DNA of 13,413 nucleotides. It comes from an uncultured bacterium. GTDB taxonomy: Bacteria; Nitrospirota; Thermodesulfovibrionia; Thermodesulfovibrionales; JdFR-86. The stretch covers positions 1 to 13,413 of the forward strand of contig CBDVCR010000084.1 of NCBI GenBank assembly GCA_965372535.1, written 5' to 3'. A program made the translations under genes and the position numbers. Numbering within the stretch: position 1 is the first letter of the stretch; every line of letters starts with the position of its first letter. Under the pieces are notes generated by a model. It searched no databases. It had not been told where the DNA came from and saw nothing but the letters and a program-made list of their open reading frames with translations. Shown piece after piece: positions 12,551-13,413 of the stretch.

Positions 12551-12898
12551 TTAAACGGCCCCTTGACCGCCCGCCTTCTTAAGTCCGAACTCCGGCTCCC
12601 TTATCGTCGTCGCCCTGCATACGGGACACCTGCCGGGCCGGGTGAGCCTTTCGCGTTTTTTAAACACGAACCCGCACTTGTCGCATTCCGCGGGGATGAC
12701 CACAAGTTCCCGCCCGCCCTTGCCGAGGGTTTTCCGGATGTGGCCGAGGTGGCCGCAGACGTCCTTTTCGGGCACCCTCGCCTCATGGGATATGTCCCTT
12801 GCCGTGAGAGTCCGCCCCTCGATGGCGGAGACAATCTCCCTGCGCACCGTCTCAAGCCTTGCAGGGGGGACGGGCGGCCCTTTCGGTTTTTTCCTCAT
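12551..12898 (-). CDS. Small predicted DNA-binding protein: N-terminal winged-HTH-like segment fused to a C-terminal CxxC...CxxC zinc ribbon, 115 aa
   Basis: The HTH-like segment is LETVRREIVSAIEGRTLTARDISHEARVPEKDVCGHLGHIRKTL. The zinc ribbon is ECDKCGF...(17 aa)...CPVCRA. The architecture resembles the COG3357-type 'HTH fused to Zn-ribbon' regulators. ATGA overlap with the upstream hydrolase gene (12895-12898). Confidence 0.7.
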   Translation of the reverse strand: MRKKPKGPPVPPARLETVRREIVSAIEGRTLTARDISHEARVPEKDVCGHLGHIRKTLGKGGRELVVIPAECDKCGFVFKKRERLTRPGRCPVCRATTIREPEFGLKKAGGQGAV

Positions 12899-13413
12899 GC
12901 CCGGGCCGGCCCTATAATCTTTTCCAGCACACCGGCCCAGACCTCGTAGCCCTTCTCGCTCAGGTGCACGCCGTCGGGGGAGAGGAGTCTTATCAGGTTG
13001 CCTTCCATAAAGGCCCGGTGGACGTCGAGGTAGAGCGCCCCGGCCTCCTCGGCCAGGGACTTAAGGGACGCGTTGACCTCTTCGATTGTGCGGGGCCGCA
13101 CCCACGGAAGCATGGTGGGAAGCAGGCTGTTTGCATAGATGCGGGCATCGGGGTAGGCGTCCCTTAAACGGGCGAGGACTTCCCTGTACGCCTTAAGGAA
13201 GGATGCGCCTTCCTCCATGGCCACGTTGTTTATGCCGGTCATCAGAAAGACCTTCCCGGCCTCGGGGTGGGCGGAGGCAATGCGCGGGAGACGCTCAAGC
13301 AGCAACTCCGCGGTCTCGCCGGAAACGCCGAGGTTCGCCGCCCTGTGGCCGGGGAACCGCCTCCCCCAGTCGAAAAACTCTATCAGGGAATCGCCTATAA
13401 ACAGTATGTCCAT
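12895..13413 (-). CDS. SGNH/GDSL-family hydrolase (lipase/esterase/acylhydrolase-like), 172 aa
   Basis: Block I FIGDSL (nucleophile Ser), block II LGVSG, block III TGINN, block V DGVHLS (DxxH). The ATG coincides exactly with the last base of the window, so an upstream extension cannot be excluded. Confidence 0.85.
   Translation of the reverse strand: MDILFIGDSLIEFFDWGRRFPGHRAANLGVSGETAELLLERLPRIASAHPEAGKVFLMTGINNVAMEEGASFLKAYREVLARLRDAYPDARIYANSLLPTMLPWVRPRTIEEVNASLKSLAEEAGALYLDVHRAFMEGNLIRLLSPDGVHLSEKGYEVWAGVLEKIIGPARA

Noticed and set aside
12110-12949. 279-aa plus-strand ORF spanning the rpsU and HTH/Zn-ribbon loci.
   Set aside because: It crosses two well-supported minus-strand genes and their intergenic promoter. 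It has no homology features, so it is a shadow ORF.
1-13413. Search for a defence, mobile or otherwise novel multi-gene system (integrase, transposase, RT, nuclease/ATPase pairs, toxin-antitoxin, CRISPR, tRNA attachment sites).
   Set aside because: Every substantial ORF reads as a recognisable housekeeping or common-family protein. No such gene or flanking repeat was seen. Only the low-GC left edge (1-950) looks acquired, and it carries a sensor gene rather than a defence gene.

Overview
This window is mostly a conserved chromosomal core neighbourhood of a high-GC bacterium, not an obvious accessory or defence island. A typical line (3301-3360) hand-counts to 39/60 = 65% GC.

Gene order, left to right:
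- A low-GC edge segment (1-360 = 142/360 = 39% GC by hand count) with unresolved open frames on both strands.
- A stand-alone H-NOX heme sensor gene (415-933, +).
- A convergent rdgB (1059-1664, -).
- A tightly overlapped plus-strand cell-elongation operon: RDD-family membrane protein, mreB, mreC, mreD, mrdA (PBP2), rodA (1823-7845).
- Convergent on the minus strand, an extended macromolecular-synthesis cluster, read right to left: SGNH/GDSL hydrolase, HTH+Zn-ribbon protein, rpsU, NIF3-like protein, dnaG, rpoD (13413 down to 7878).

I saw no tRNA, rRNA, CRISPR array, transposase, integrase or recognisable defence gene. I cannot honestly point to a complete novel multi-gene system.

Items not explained by standard annotation:
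1. PBP2 carries a ~130-aa C-terminal tail of 16 tandem heptads (PEPVELK type), and the differences between repeat versions are all synonymous.
2. A 78-nt in-frame tandem duplication sits inside the PBP2 transpeptidase domain.
3. The H-NOX gene is low-GC, has no partner gene in cis, and has a leader with mutually exclusive hairpins / a 25-bp palindrome.
4. An RDD protein is the near-leaderless first cistron, translationally coupled to mreB.
5. The rpsU-dnaG-rpoD operon has a NIF3-like insertion, and rpoD lacks region 1.1.

All homology calls come from reading the translations by eye. No database search was run.
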